Below the pieces are notes generated by a model. That model saw only the letters and a program-made list of their open reading frames with translations. It ran no database searches and had not been told where the DNA came from. From the IMG/VR virus record IMGVR_UViG_3300030107_006644, positions 124,001 to 188,000 of that record: 64,000 nucleotides of DNA; one strand, written 5' to 3'. How positions within the stretch are numbered: position 1 is the first letter of the stretch; each line of letters opens with the position of its first letter. Positions 10,605-20,483 of this stretch are shown piece after piece. The position numbers and the translations under genes are program-made.

Positions 10605-10885
10605 ATCGCAAACAACGCAGGGCTATGTCCAAGCTTCAAAAGAAGGGCAGCGACAAAGAAAAGGAAATGGCTCAGAAGGTTGCTCTCTTTGGCAAGTTGC
10701 CGGAAAGCTGCATGACGTGCAACAAGCCTTTTGACAAAGAAGACCGAGAGATGGTCATGGAGTGGAATGTAGTTGTGCGAAATGATAGAGAAAGTGTCAA
10801 CTTGTATTGCCCCACTTGTTGGGACAAGGCTAGACAGCTTATAGAAGAATTAAACCTTATGGAGAAGTCGAAAGATGAAGATTAG
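10601..10885 (+). CDS. Hypothetical protein with two CxxC motifs
   Basis: MNRKQRRA start; CMTC and CPTC; overlaps neighbours. Confidence 0.65.
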   Translation: MNRKQRRAMSKLQKKGSDKEKEMAQKVALFGKLPESCMTCNKPFDKEDREMVMEWNVVVRNDRESVNLYCPTCWDKARQLIEELNLMEKSKDED

Positions 10886-11924
10886 AGAAGCTTTAAGTTA
10901 TGATGATGTACTGCTTCAACCACAGTACTCAGACATTAAGAGTCGCACTGAGATAGACATTAGCAGTGCGCTGGATGATAGCCTGCTCTTGCAGTTGCCT
11001 ATTATTGCCAGCCCAATGGATACGATTAGTGGTGAATCAATGGGCAAGGCTATGGCGAAAGCAGGAGCCATGGCAGTTATTCATCGATATAATACGGTAG
11101 CAGAGCAGGGGCGCATCATAACATCAATATATGAATCTGAGCCAAATGCTGTTGCAGCAGCTGCAGTCGGAGTGACAGGAGATTTTTTGCAGCGCGCACA
11201 GATTGCCCATAAGCTCGGTGCAAAAGTTATCTGTATCGATGTGGCACACGGACATCACGTACTGATGGAGAGGGCGATAAAGAGCGTGCGTGATAAATGC
11301 GGTGATGAGATTCACATTATGGCCGGCAACGTGGCCACGCTCCAAGGCATTGACGACTTGGCCGATTGGGGAGCGGACTCGGTTCGCTGCAATATAGGTG
11401 GCGGCTCTATCTGCTCAACGCGCATACAAACTGGTCATGGCATCCCGGGCTTCGACACGATTTTGCAGTGCTCAAAAACGGATCGCGATGTAAAGATAGT
11501 TGCTGATGGCGGAATTAGAAACAGCGGCGATGCCGTTAAGGCCCTTGCAGCCGGCGCAGATTTTGTCATGGTCGGTTCCATGCTGGCTGGCACAACTCAA
11601 ACGCCCGGGGAGATTGTTTATCTTGGTACTCCCGGTCATGGCAAGGGATTCAAAACTTATCGAGGAATGGCCAGCAAAGAAGCCCAGATTGATTGGAGAG
11701 GCCGCACTGCCTCTGTGGAAGGTATGTCATCTATGGTACCAGTTAAGGGTGATGTGGCCGCCGTTTTGGAGAACTTAGAACTCGGTATTCGCAGTGGCCT
11801 TTCCTACACGGGAGCCAGAGATTTGCGTGAACTACATGCGAAAGCTAAGTTTGTTAGACAGACCCCAGCCGGCCAAACAGAGAGTGGTACGCACATATTG
11901 GGAGCCGGCGGTGTCAAACAATAA
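10875..11924 (+). CDS. guaB: IMP dehydrogenase / GMP reductase family protein (no CBS domain)
   Basis: LSYDDVLL, IIASPMDT, IDVAHGH, MAGNVAT, GGGSICSTR (catalytic Cys), ADGGI, YRGMAS; IMPDH vs GMPR not resolved. Confidence 0.85.
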   Translation: MKIREALSYDDVLLQPQYSDIKSRTEIDISSALDDSLLLQLPIIASPMDTISGESMGKAMAKAGAMAVIHRYNTVAEQGRIITSIYESEPNAVAAAAVGVTGDFLQRAQIAHKLGAKVICIDVAHGHHVLMERAIKSVRDKCGDEIHIMAGNVATLQGIDDLADWGADSVRCNIGGGSICSTRIQTGHGIPGFDTILQCSKTDRDVKIVADGGIRNSGDAVKALAAGADFVMVGSMLAGTTQTPGEIVYLGTPGHGKGFKTYRGMASKEAQIDWRGRTASVEGMSSMVPVKGDVAAVLENLELGIRSGLSYTGARDLRELHAKAKFVRQTPAGQTESGTHILGAGGVKQ

Positions 11925-12240
11925 AGAGTATGAAAAGGTGTCTTTCCATGAGCATAATAAAAGGAAGGCTGATTTGAAAATAAAGCTCCACAGCGATGGG
12001 CTGTCTCAAGCAGCATTTTTTCGAGGAGTGGTAGAGGCCTATGTAACGAGTCAGTCTTCGTTTATGGACTGGTTCAGAGACTTCAGGGAACAGAACAGCA
12101 AGATTCAGAGTAAGACCAAGAATCTTAAAACTGAAAAGCTTGAGAAAACTGGCGAGCAAATAATGTCAAAGTTTGGATTTAGCTCGACAGAGGTAGAAGA
12201 TATATTTGATTTAATTGAGCGGGAGCACACAAAGTTATGA
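11911..12240 (+). CDS. Hypothetical protein
   Basis: ORF coupled to both neighbours; start inferred. Confidence 0.55.
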   Translation: MSNNKEYEKVSFHEHNKRKADLKIKLHSDGLSQAAFFRGVVEAYVTSQSSFMDWFRDFREQNSKIQSKTKNLKTEKLEKTGEQIMSKFGFSSTEVEDIFDLIEREHTKL

Positions 12241-12476
12241 GAAGTTGCGCATACAAATGTAAGAAGGAAGAGGTTGAATGTCCAAACGAGGGCTGCAGGT
12301 TATGGATTAATTATGAAGAAGACTTAAACTGCACACTAATTAGTGTAGACAAGCATGGGTCTATGACCCTACGCGACATCGCAAAAAGAGAAGGCGTAAG
12401 TTTCGTCAGAATTCAGCAAATAGAGAAAAAGGCTACAGCTAAACTTAAGAAGAAGTTAATGGAGTGGAAATTGTAA
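12237..12476 (+). CDS. Stand-alone sigma70 region-4 HTH protein with Cys-rich N-terminus
   Basis: MTLRDIAKREGVSFVRIQQIEKKATAKLK matches the region 4.2 pattern TL.E.G....V..ERIRQIE.KAL.KL. Confidence 0.75.
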   Translation: MRSCAYKCKKEEVECPNEGCRLWINYEEDLNCTLISVDKHGSMTLRDIAKREGVSFVRIQQIEKKATAKLKKKLMEWKL

Positions 12477-12553
12477 AAGAAAAGTGCATTTAAGCTTTTA
12501 CATTACTATTTATTTGTAGAAAAACCTCATTTTTAACGGGAGTAAACAATACG

Positions 12554-13401
12554 ATGAGCAAAAAATTATTAAACGAATCTCAGGTTCGCAGATTTATGAA
12601 GCTGGCCACAATTGAGCCACTGGCTAACGGCTTCGTGCAGAGAGGTGGCAAGGTTCTGTTTGAACAGGACGAAATGGAAGACGAGATGGCAGATCCAGTC
12701 GGAGACGATGCACTGCCTCCCGGAGGCCCAGAAGAGCCTGCTGATATGATGGCTCCCGAAGATTTGGACGCTCCAGCCGGCCCCNNNNNNNNNNCCCCGC
12801 CGATTTTGACGTGGAAGAGCTTGTTATCGCAATTGCTGATGCAATTGAAGGTGTAACGGGTGTCGAGGTTGACGTTGAGGGCGAAGGCGGAGAAGAAGAG
12901 GGCGAAATGGCTCCTGTTGATGACATGGGCGGCATGGAAGATGATGCAATGGCTGCTGATATGGGTGGCGACATGGGCATGGAAGAAGAAGAGCCTCTCA
13001 TGGAACGCCGACTCCGCGCATATATTAACTCCCGTATTCGCAAAGTCATGGCTAAGGCTCTCACTGAAGGTGCAGATGCCTACGATCAGCCCGGCGCTTA
13101 TAAGAAAGAAGATGACGAAGACGAGGTGCAGGAAGAAGGTCATAAGCACATGTCTGGTGGTGAAGACATGCTCTCCAAGGGCACGAACGATGAGTTCGGC
13201 TCGGTCTCGAAAGACCCGCACCGTAGCAGCGCCGGTAAACACCATACCGGTGGTGAAGCCGCGCCAAAGTCTAAGCAGCATATGGGTGGCAACAACGCCG
13301 CACTTCCCCTTGAGGAGCAGATCACCGATGATCTACTTGAGCGCGTAACCCGTCAGGTTGCCGCCAAGCTCATGGCTGCTTCCAAAAAGCGTAGAAAGTA
13401 A
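12554..13401 (+). CDS. Acidic low-complexity protein, probably virion/scaffold related; one gene split by the N gap
   Basis: ORFs 12554.. and ..13401 are separated by 10 Ns (12785-12794); D/E/M-rich; starts MSKKLLNESQVRRFMKLA; CTATTTA upstream. Confidence 0.6.
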
Positions 13402-13458
13402 TTGAACGGATTCAAATACCGTGTTATAATAAAAGAGCCATGTTAGCATGGCTTTTTT
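13402..13458 (+). promoter_or_regulatory. Sigma70-like promoter followed by a hairpin and T tract
   Basis: TTGAAC(13402)-17 bp-TATAAT(13425); AGCCATG-ttag-CATGGCT-TTTTT at 13436-13458. Confidence 0.5.
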
Positions 13459-13471
13459 ATTAGGTGGATAG

Positions 13472-13861
13472 ATGTTTACATTAGAGAATTTCTTGATTTT
13501 TTTATTGGGATTGATAGTTGGCAAGCTAATGGCTAATTTGTTGACATTTGGCAAGTCCTTGTTAATGGTAAGGAAGACAGAGCTTCAATGTTTAAAGATG
13601 CTCGCTTCAGCCGCGCAAGATATAGCATTCATCAAGCAGATGAAGGAGCGCGCCATTGAGGTCGCCGGCGCCGACATTAACGAAATCAAGATGCAGAACA
13701 ACTTAGACGAGTATTCGGTCGACGTGTGGAAGAAGGCGGCAGTTAATAATATTGTTGCAGAGTATCCGCATGTTCTCCGTGGTGGCGTGAAGTATCACGA
13801 TTGGGAGGGTGCCATGGCACGCCTAGTGACACTGTTGAATGAGCAGGAAAAAAAGAAATAA
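13472..13861 (+). CDS. Hypothetical protein with N-terminal membrane helix
   Basis: Hydrophobic FLIFLLGLIVG. Confidence 0.6.
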   Translation: MFTLENFLIFLLGLIVGKLMANLLTFGKSLLMVRKTELQCLKMLASAAQDIAFIKQMKERAIEVAGADINEIKMQNNLDEYSVDVWKKAAVNNIVAEYPHVLRGGVKYHDWEGAMARLVTLLNEQEKKK

Positions 13862-13910
13862 ACCTTTAAATAGAAAGTAGAGCTGTTATAATATTTTCAT
13901 AGGAGAACTG

Positions 13911-14546
13911 ATGAAGTTAGGAAAGAAAGACAACAAGCCTGAAGAGGAAGAGGTGGAAACGCCGGTCAACCCGGAGGAACTATCTGCGGTTTTGTTCGGG
14001 CCCGAAGATCTCGGTGTTCGTACAATTGGCCTTTGCGGAGACGTAGAGGAAGAGAAGGTCGGCGAAGTAATAGGGATGCTATTGGGTATGAGACAATCCG
14101 GTCTATTTTTGCCCGGGAATTCACCTTCGGAGGATCCTGTAGAGTTTCTGATCTCTACTTCTGGGGGGTCCGCACATGAGATGTTTGCACTGTACGATGT
14201 TATGCGGCTCATGCGAAATGACATGCCAATTCACACAATAGGGATTGGGAAAGTGATGTCGGCAGGTGTGGTTCTGTTAGCTGCTGGGACAAAAGGCCAG
14301 CGCAAGATCACGAAGAACTGTCGAGTTATGCTTCATAGTGTAATTGGGGGCAACATGGGATCCCTACACAGCCTAGAGAACGAAATGGATGAGATTAGAT
14401 GCACGCAGGAAAGATACATTGACGCGCTAGTGCAGGAAACTGATATGACAAAGCGTTTCTTGAAGAAGTTGATTGAGAGAAAGGTAAATGTGTACCTAAC
14501 GGCACAAGAGGCAGTAGAGTACGGAATCGCAGACGAGGTAGTATAG
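13911..14546 (+). CDS. clpP: ClpP-family protease proteolytic subunit
   Basis: ISTSGGS, GKVMSAG (catalytic Ser), LLAAGTKGQR, VMLH, YLTAQEAVEYGIADEV. Confidence 0.9.
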   Translation: MKLGKKDNKPEEEEVETPVNPEELSAVLFGPEDLGVRTIGLCGDVEEEKVGEVIGMLLGMRQSGLFLPGNSPSEDPVEFLISTSGGSAHEMFALYDVMRLMRNDMPIHTIGIGKVMSAGVVLLAAGTKGQRKITKNCRVMLHSVIGGNMGSLHSLENEMDEIRCTQERYIDALVQETDMTKRFLKKLIERKVNVYLTAQEAVEYGIADEVV

Positions 14547-15472
14547 TGGACAAGGTGTTTTATAATCAATCTTCAGCAGACAAGCTTGGCTGGGATCCGT
14601 CTTGGTTTGGCGAGAAGTACAATGATGAAGATCTGGTTAAAGCAGTAAAACGTTGGCAAAAGGACAAAGGTCTAACTCAAGACGGACTGGTTGGTCCGAT
14701 GACCTATAGGAGAATCTGGACAGAGCGAGAAGCAGAGATATCAGATTATAAACCTTCTAGCCCTCTGTATTCTAGAGTGAGTAATCGATGCGATGATCAG
14801 AAACATATTGTACATAATGGTAAATTTCTTGAAATTGATTGGCCAGATGTGGTATTATGGGATGAGCCGAACGGACTAAAGATCAAGAGCGGTAACTACT
14901 ATGACTATTCCGGAGAGGAAGACAGGGAGCCAACCATGTTTGTAAACCATTGGGATGTGTGTCTTTCTGCAGAATCGTGTGCCAAAGTCTTGAACCGTCG
15001 AGGCATATCTGTGCACTTCTGCATTGACAATGATGGCACAATATATCAACTGCTAGATACTCAACACGGTGCATGGCACTGCAGCAATGGCAAAGGTAAC
15101 AAGAAGAGTGTTGGAGTTGAAGTAAGCAACGGCTATTATACAAAGTATCAAAGTTGGTATGAAAAGAATGGTTTTGGCCCTCGCCCAGTACAAGAGAATG
15201 CTTGGGTTCACGACCGAAAGCTAGACCCTTTCTTGGATTTTTATCCTGCTCAAATTAAAGCTTTACAAGCTCTGTGGGCCGCCATTCATAAAGGTCTAGA
15301 TATTCCACTAGAGTATCCAAAGAATTCCAAGGGCCATGTGGATATTGGGGTTAACAGAAGTTGCACACGCGCTACTTTCAAAGGTTTTTGCAATCATTAT
15401 AATTTCACGCGAGGAAAAATCGACTGTGCAGGCTTGGATTTGCCAACTCTTTTGGACGAACTTAAAGATTAG
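14546..15472 (+). CDS. N-acetylmuramoyl-L-alanine amidase with N-terminal peptidoglycan-binding domain (endolysin)
   Basis: AVKRWQKDKGLTQDGLVGPMT (PG-binding); FVNHW, SVHFCIDNDGTIYQL, AWH, NKKSVGVEV, KIDC. Confidence 0.88.
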   Translation: MDKVFYNQSSADKLGWDPSWFGEKYNDEDLVKAVKRWQKDKGLTQDGLVGPMTYRRIWTEREAEISDYKPSSPLYSRVSNRCDDQKHIVHNGKFLEIDWPDVVLWDEPNGLKIKSGNYYDYSGEEDREPTMFVNHWDVCLSAESCAKVLNRRGISVHFCIDNDGTIYQLLDTQHGAWHCSNGKGNKKSVGVEVSNGYYTKYQSWYEKNGFGPRPVQENAWVHDRKLDPFLDFYPAQIKALQALWAAIHKGLDIPLEYPKNSKGHVDIGVNRSCTRATFKGFCNHYNFTRGKIDCAGLDLPTLLDELKD

Positions 15473-15490
15473 GAACTAATTATTTTTGAT

Positions 15491-17260
15491 ATGGATAGAG
15501 AATTACAAAATTTATTAGCAAGCTACTACTCAGAGCCGTCCGATACGACTCTTGGGGCGAGCGAGATGTTTCGTCTCGTTGAGGAGGCGATGAGTGTACT
15601 TCCGATATTACTCGAACAGGAGCAACAGAGCGGGCCTACCGAAAAGGACTCAGATGGAGAAGACCTGCAGATTTTCATACCGCGCGTTCGGATTTCCGAA
15701 AAAATGTGGGGGAAACAAGGCTCAGAAGATCGAGAAATAATCCAGAGCCTGCTAACAAGATTAGTGGGTGAAGCTGGCGGAACAACTTTGAAAGCTAAGG
15801 TCGAGAAAATATCGGAGTTTTTGGAGTCGAGACCAGAAACGGAAGATATTTCTGAGATTCTTACGCATATTGTGCTGCTTGATACGCTTACGAACATCAT
15901 GCTACACTTTAATGCATCGGCAGCAGGTTTCACCTTTGAAGGATTCTTATCGGCGCTCCTTAGCGGTACTCAGATTCCGGCTGGCACTGCAGGAATTCAA
16001 GACTTGATTGATGCTGATGACAATCCGATCAGTTTGAAATTGCTAACCGGCGCAGGTTCGGAAGGCTCAACAGGAAACGTGCATGGAAGCTATAGAGATT
16101 TAGTCGATCATTTTATTGATCCGGCCGCCAAGGAAACGGGAGCTAGAAGATCCCAGAGAACATATGTGGACCCGCAGACGGGCGAGGAAACGGTTAATCC
16201 TCACTATGTCGGTCTTGCCGGCGCAGCCGGAACTATGACATATGTTGTAGTGCTTAAGTCATTTAGAGATATGGAATCAACCGCCAAGCTCTCGGCCGAA
16301 GAAGTTGCAGAAGGCGAGGAACCCGAAACCATTAGGTTTTTCCAGTTTGATTTTACCGCCAAAACATTTTTTGAGGCATTGGTAACTCACAAACACAACG
16401 CTAAATTATTGCTACTTCCCAAAGAAGAGTTCGGCCACCCAGAAGAACAAGCGCAAACCCAGCCAGAACAAGAGATTTACGAACCGATTTCGGATGAGGA
16501 TCTAAAGAGAATGTTTGCAGGCCGTAGCAGTGGTTACGACCCCGGAACGGCACATGCGTATCGAAAGATCATAGCAAATTATGTTCCTGAATATGCCAAG
16601 GAACTGTTAGACGACGCCTCGCTAAGCCCATCAGAAAAGAACCCAAAAAAGCTTGTACTATTGGATGCAAACGGAGAACCGATTAGATACGTCGAGTTGC
16701 CGCCGGCTGATCCGAGAAGAAGGGACATAGCTTCTGTCGCGTACACACAGAAGACTACACCAGACAGGAAGGATATAGATCCTGAAACCGGTAAAGCTCG
16801 CGTTGCTAATGTAGAGTGGCTGGATTACGCCTCATCAGTTAAGCTATTAAAGTCAAAACTATCAGGCAACGAAGAAAACCCAGTAGAGTTTTGGAACCTT
16901 ATTGCACAAACTTCTGGATATACCGGCGCCGCAGAAGAGACACAGTTTGTGGTGAGTCCTAGATATTACCGACAAAAGAGATGGGAACAGGATGGGTTTG
17001 GATACATCGGGCAGATATATGTGGGTAAAGCCGCAGTACTCGATCTAGCGAAAGCATATGCAGATATCTTAAACCAAAAAATCTACGATATGTTTAAGAA
17101 GGTTCAAACACTGTCTCAACAAATTAATGGATACTTTATTGGTGGCAATAAGGGCGATGCCCTCGCTGCAGCCAACACTGCGGATGATATTGAGCAAGGC
17201 GCAAGAGAGTATCATGAACAAGATGTAGAAAGTCAACAGGCTATAGCCGCCAAAGAATAA
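15491..17260 (+). CDS. Hypothetical protein, possible PD-(D/E)xK-like nuclease segment
   Basis: 589-aa ORF; AGFTFEGFL..L...IQDL...ISLKLL; CTAATTA upstream. Confidence 0.5.
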   Translation: MDRELQNLLASYYSEPSDTTLGASEMFRLVEEAMSVLPILLEQEQQSGPTEKDSDGEDLQIFIPRVRISEKMWGKQGSEDREIIQSLLTRLVGEAGGTTLKAKVEKISEFLESRPETEDISEILTHIVLLDTLTNIMLHFNASAAGFTFEGFLSALLSGTQIPAGTAGIQDLIDADDNPISLKLLTGAGSEGSTGNVHGSYRDLVDHFIDPAAKETGARRSQRTYVDPQTGEETVNPHYVGLAGAAGTMTYVVVLKSFRDMESTAKLSAEEVAEGEEPETIRFFQFDFTAKTFFEALVTHKHNAKLLLLPKEEFGHPEEQAQTQPEQEIYEPISDEDLKRMFAGRSSGYDPGTAHAYRKIIANYVPEYAKELLDDASLSPSEKNPKKLVLLDANGEPIRYVELPPADPRRRDIASVAYTQKTTPDRKDIDPETGKARVANVEWLDYASSVKLLKSKLSGNEENPVEFWNLIAQTSGYTGAAEETQFVVSPRYYRQKRWEQDGFGYIGQIYVGKAAVLDLAKAYADILNQKIYDMFKKVQTLSQQINGYFIGGNKGDALAAANTADDIEQGAREYHEQDVESQQAIAAKE

Positions 17261-17274
17261 ACGAGAGGTGTAAA

Positions 17275-18849
17275 TTGGCAAAGACATATGATTCTGGAAA
17301 CGCATTAAGCCAGAAAATCTTGAAGGGAGTTAACGTTTTAGCAGACAACGTGGCTTCCACATTGGGCCCCCGAGGTCGAAATGTTATTCTGCAAGAACCG
17401 GGCAAGCGCCCAATTGTTACGAAAGATGGTGTAACTGTAGCGCAATTCGTAACCCTTGACGATCCAGTCGAAAATGTCGGCGCCGAGATTATCAAGCAGG
17501 CGTCAGCCGAAACAAACAACACGGCCGGAGACGGAACAACAACGGCTACAGTGTTGTCTCGCGCAATACTTACGCAGGCGCAAGCGTTCTTAACTGCCGG
17601 CTCATCGCCTATCGAACTTAAACGTGGCATAGATAAAGCTGTCGAAGTTATAAGCGATAGACTGTATAAACAGGCAAAGCCAATTTCCAGTCAAGAAGAC
17701 ATTGCACACGTTGCCACCATATCCGCTAACGGCGATAAGGTTATAGGACAACTGATAGCTACGGCAGTGGATGCGATTGGTAAGGATGGGGCAATCACAG
17801 TAGAGGAAGCTCGTTCCTTGACTACGGCACTCGATATTGTGGAGGGCTTTCAACTAGGCAGTGGATTTGTATCCTCGTCTTTTATTACGGACGAGCGCCG
17901 TGGGGCTGTTCGGTACGAAAACAGCTACGTGCTGGTTACGGATGGCACAATCGACACGGTGGATGAGTTGCTTCCTGTGCTTGAGGTCGTGGCTCGCGAG
18001 AACAGGCCGCTAGTCGTTGTCTCCGAGAACATCGAGGGGCAAGCATTGGCCGCTCTGATAATGAATTCAGTACGAGGCACGTTGAAGGTAGCAGCTATCA
18101 AGGCGCCTAGATATGGCGAAGAGCGCCGCAACATACTTAAGGATCTGTGTTATGCTGTGGGAGCAAAGTTCGTCTCACGCGAATCTGGAGTCGGACTCCG
18201 CGAAGTAAAGTTGGAGCATCTGGGCACATGCAAAAGTATTGAAGTCTTAAAAACCAACACCACAATTGTTGGCGGCGGCGGAAACTACGAAGCTTTAGAA
18301 AAGAGGATCGAATCACTCAGGGTAGAGCTTTCGCAGACGGAGAACTTGCATGAGTGCGAGAGGTTACAAGAGAGAATTACACGTCTATCTTCTGGCGTTG
18401 CCATAATAAGGGTTGGCGCGCCAACTGAAATTGAAATGGTAGAAAAGAAGCACAGAATTGAGGATGCATTAGAGGCTGTCCGCTCCGCTCAAGAGGAAGG
18501 CATCGTTCCCGGCGGAGGCACTGCGCTAATTAGAGCGGTGACCAACTTAGAGGTACAGACCGAAAACGAGACTCAAGCTCAAGGTGTTGAGATTGTTCGT
18601 CGCGCCTGTTCAGATCCTCTACGTCAGATGGCTATTAACGCTGGAGAATCTCCCGACATTGTGCAGGAGAAGGTTGAGGCTCTAGAGGATTCCGTCAGCG
18701 GATATGATTTTGCCGCTGGAGAAATCAAAGATTTGATCGAGGTGGGAATTATCGACCCAGTAAAGGTCACGCGAACCGCACTTGAGAACGCAGCCTCGGT
18801 AGCTAGTACCTTAATTACGACAAATCATGCAATAATACAAGTTGATTAG
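17275..18849 (+). CDS. groEL: Chaperonin GroEL
   Basis: TLGPRGRNV, TKDGVTVA, AGDGTTTATVL, KAPRYGEERR, IVPGGG, GIIDPVKVTR; lacks the GGM tail. Confidence 0.97.
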   Translation: MAKTYDSGNALSQKILKGVNVLADNVASTLGPRGRNVILQEPGKRPIVTKDGVTVAQFVTLDDPVENVGAEIIKQASAETNNTAGDGTTTATVLSRAILTQAQAFLTAGSSPIELKRGIDKAVEVISDRLYKQAKPISSQEDIAHVATISANGDKVIGQLIATAVDAIGKDGAITVEEARSLTTALDIVEGFQLGSGFVSSSFITDERRGAVRYENSYVLVTDGTIDTVDELLPVLEVVARENRPLVVVSENIEGQALAALIMNSVRGTLKVAAIKAPRYGEERRNILKDLCYAVGAKFVSRESGVGLREVKLEHLGTCKSIEVLKTNTTIVGGGGNYEALEKRIESLRVELSQTENLHECERLQERITRLSSGVAIIRVGAPTEIEMVEKKHRIEDALEAVRSAQEEGIVPGGGTALIRAVTNLEVQTENETQAQGVEIVRRACSDPLRQMAINAGESPDIVQEKVEALEDSVSGYDFAAGEIKDLIEVGIIDPVKVTRTALENAASVASTLITTNHAIIQVD

Positions 18850-18872
18850 TTCTTTCTAAAACTATATATTAC

Positions 18873-19148
18873 ATGGATGAAACCACACAAACGCTCATGG
18901 AGCTTAACAGCAAGCTTGATCGCATGTTGTCTAGCGTTGAGATGCTGGCCGAAAACCAGAATCGCATGAGTGAGGATATATCTAAGATTAAGGAGGCGGT
19001 ATACAACCCAGACGAAGGATTATATGCACGACTGCGTGCATTAGAGCAGTGGAAGGCTGGCCAAGCAAAGGTACAGTGGGTCATTATTTCGGCAATTATA
19101 GCGATGGTGGCTAAACAATTCTGGGACATTGTAGTATTATCACCATGA
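18873..19148 (+). CDS. Coiled-coil protein with C-terminal membrane helix (holin/XhlA-like)
   Basis: Heptad region, GLYARLRALE, then WVIISAIIAMVA. Confidence 0.45.
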   Translation: MDETTQTLMELNSKLDRMLSSVEMLAENQNRMSEDISKIKEAVYNPDEGLYARLRALEQWKAGQAKVQWVIISAIIAMVAKQFWDIVVLSP

Positions 19149-19154
19149 AAGAGA

Positions 19155-19772
19155 ATGATTACGCCGACTCCCAATGCAGACTCGAAAATGATAGAGGAGC
19201 TTCTATCGGAGTACGATCTTGGTGCGTCAACTCGTAGATATCTTTTTTCATTGAGAAATTGGCTTTCAAGCAGGCCGCTAACATATAGGCAGCGAGGAGC
19301 ACTCCATAGAATTAGAGAGAGGGCTAGAAATAGGATGGAGCCGACTCAACAATGGATAGCAATGTGGAGCGATGAAAAGAGAGAAGCAGCATCAATATGT
19401 GCCAAATACTACATCGAAAACCCGCCCTATTTTGATTGGCTAAGTCATAATATTCTAAACAATCCAGATTTTATACCAACACAGGAAGAGTACGAAAAAC
19501 TTACCACCAACAAATACGCCATAAAAGTTCTGAACGCTTATCATTCGGATGCGAAATACAAACTTGGAGATTTGATGACTTATCGCTTGGGCGCGCCTGC
19601 AGAAGTTAAAGCTTTGTTCGAGGGCCGCCTTGCTATTATCATAAAAACAAACTTATTACCAATTACTAGCGCAGCTATAGGCGCTAAAAACTACATGGTC
19701 TTATCACTAGGCAACGACACTCCGTTTGTTGTCGAAGAAAGATTTATTAAAAAATACAAACAAAAGGCTTGA
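19155..19772 (+). CDS. Hypothetical protein, paralogue of 43772..44575
   Basis: Shared A.YY....YF..L...IL.NPDF.P....Y...T.NKYA.KVL.A....KY..G and EER.IK. Confidence 0.7.
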   Translation: MITPTPNADSKMIEELLSEYDLGASTRRYLFSLRNWLSSRPLTYRQRGALHRIRERARNRMEPTQQWIAMWSDEKREAASICAKYYIENPPYFDWLSHNILNNPDFIPTQEEYEKLTTNKYAIKVLNAYHSDAKYKLGDLMTYRLGAPAEVKALFEGRLAIIIKTNLLPITSAAIGAKNYMVLSLGNDTPFVVEERFIKKYKQKA

Positions 19773-19797
19773 CTAAGCCGTCAATATACGTTATATT
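19769..19797 (+). promoter_or_regulatory. Sigma70-type promoter
   Basis: TTGACT(19769)-17 bp-TATATT(19792); AAGGAG SD before ATG 19820. Confidence 0.65.
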
Positions 19798-19819
19798 AGT
19801 TAAAGAAAAGGAGAAAACT

Positions 19820-20218
19820 ATGCGTGTTAATGTATGCTATTCGGCAGAATTGGAGGAGCTTCCTTCTATTGTGCTTAACTTAAGTTCCGAGGTTGCCAAC
19901 AATCTCAGAGCGATTGCAGATAGTCTGGATAACGGAGTGTCTGAGACCTTGGCAGGAGGTCAATCAAAGAATCCTGAAGATCTGGTAAGGGTCGATTACG
20001 CTCTGCGTGTTGCCCGTGCCGCATTTGTGAATCTGGATACGAGGATTCAAGATATTCAGCTGATTAATAGCGGTGCTGCTGATGTGTTTGCTAACCCTGA
20101 ACAATATGAAGCAGAGATTGCTCGCCGACAAGCAGAGGCTGCAGCCGCACAAGCTCAAGCAGAACGAGAGCCCGAGGAGCCTGTCGTGGTGGAAGTTGAG
20201 GAATCCGAGGAAGCCTAA
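19820..20218 (+). CDS. Hypothetical protein
   Basis: SD and promoter upstream. Confidence 0.65.
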   Translation: MRVNVCYSAELEELPSIVLNLSSEVANNLRAIADSLDNGVSETLAGGQSKNPEDLVRVDYALRVARAAFVNLDTRIQDIQLINSGAADVFANPEQYEAEIARRQAEAAAAQAQAEREPEEPVVVEVEESEEA

Positions 20219-20219
20219 G

Positions 20220-20483
20220 TTGGTTTCGGATTTGGCGATCCGGACAGGAGACATGGTTTACCTTCCGTCCGAGGTCCGTTTGCTGCAATATAACGACAAT
20301 GGACTTGTCGTGAAACACTGTAAAACAGAGAAGCCGCAGAATGTTCTGGTCACTGGCAATCAGCAAGATCATTCTTTTCTTCTTAAAAAGATGTACAGGG
20401 TGTTTTTTAAAGGAGAGCAGTGGTTTGCTAAAACGGAAGATCTTTATCCAGTATATAACAAAGTGGAGAAACACAAGTGGTAA
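20220..20483 (+). CDS. Hypothetical SH3-like (GD.V-type) protein
   Basis: IRTGDMVYL...YRVFFKGEQWF..EDLYPV; TTG start inferred. Confidence 0.5.
   Translation: MVSDLAIRTGDMVYLPSEVRLLQYNDNGLVVKHCKTEKPQNVLVTGNQQDHSFLLKKMYRVFFKGEQWFAKTEDLYPVYNKVEKHKW

Noticed and set aside
12554-13401. Frameshift, pseudogene or two separate genes
   Set aside because: The frame change coincides with a 10-N scaffold gap, so it is most likely an assembly artefact.
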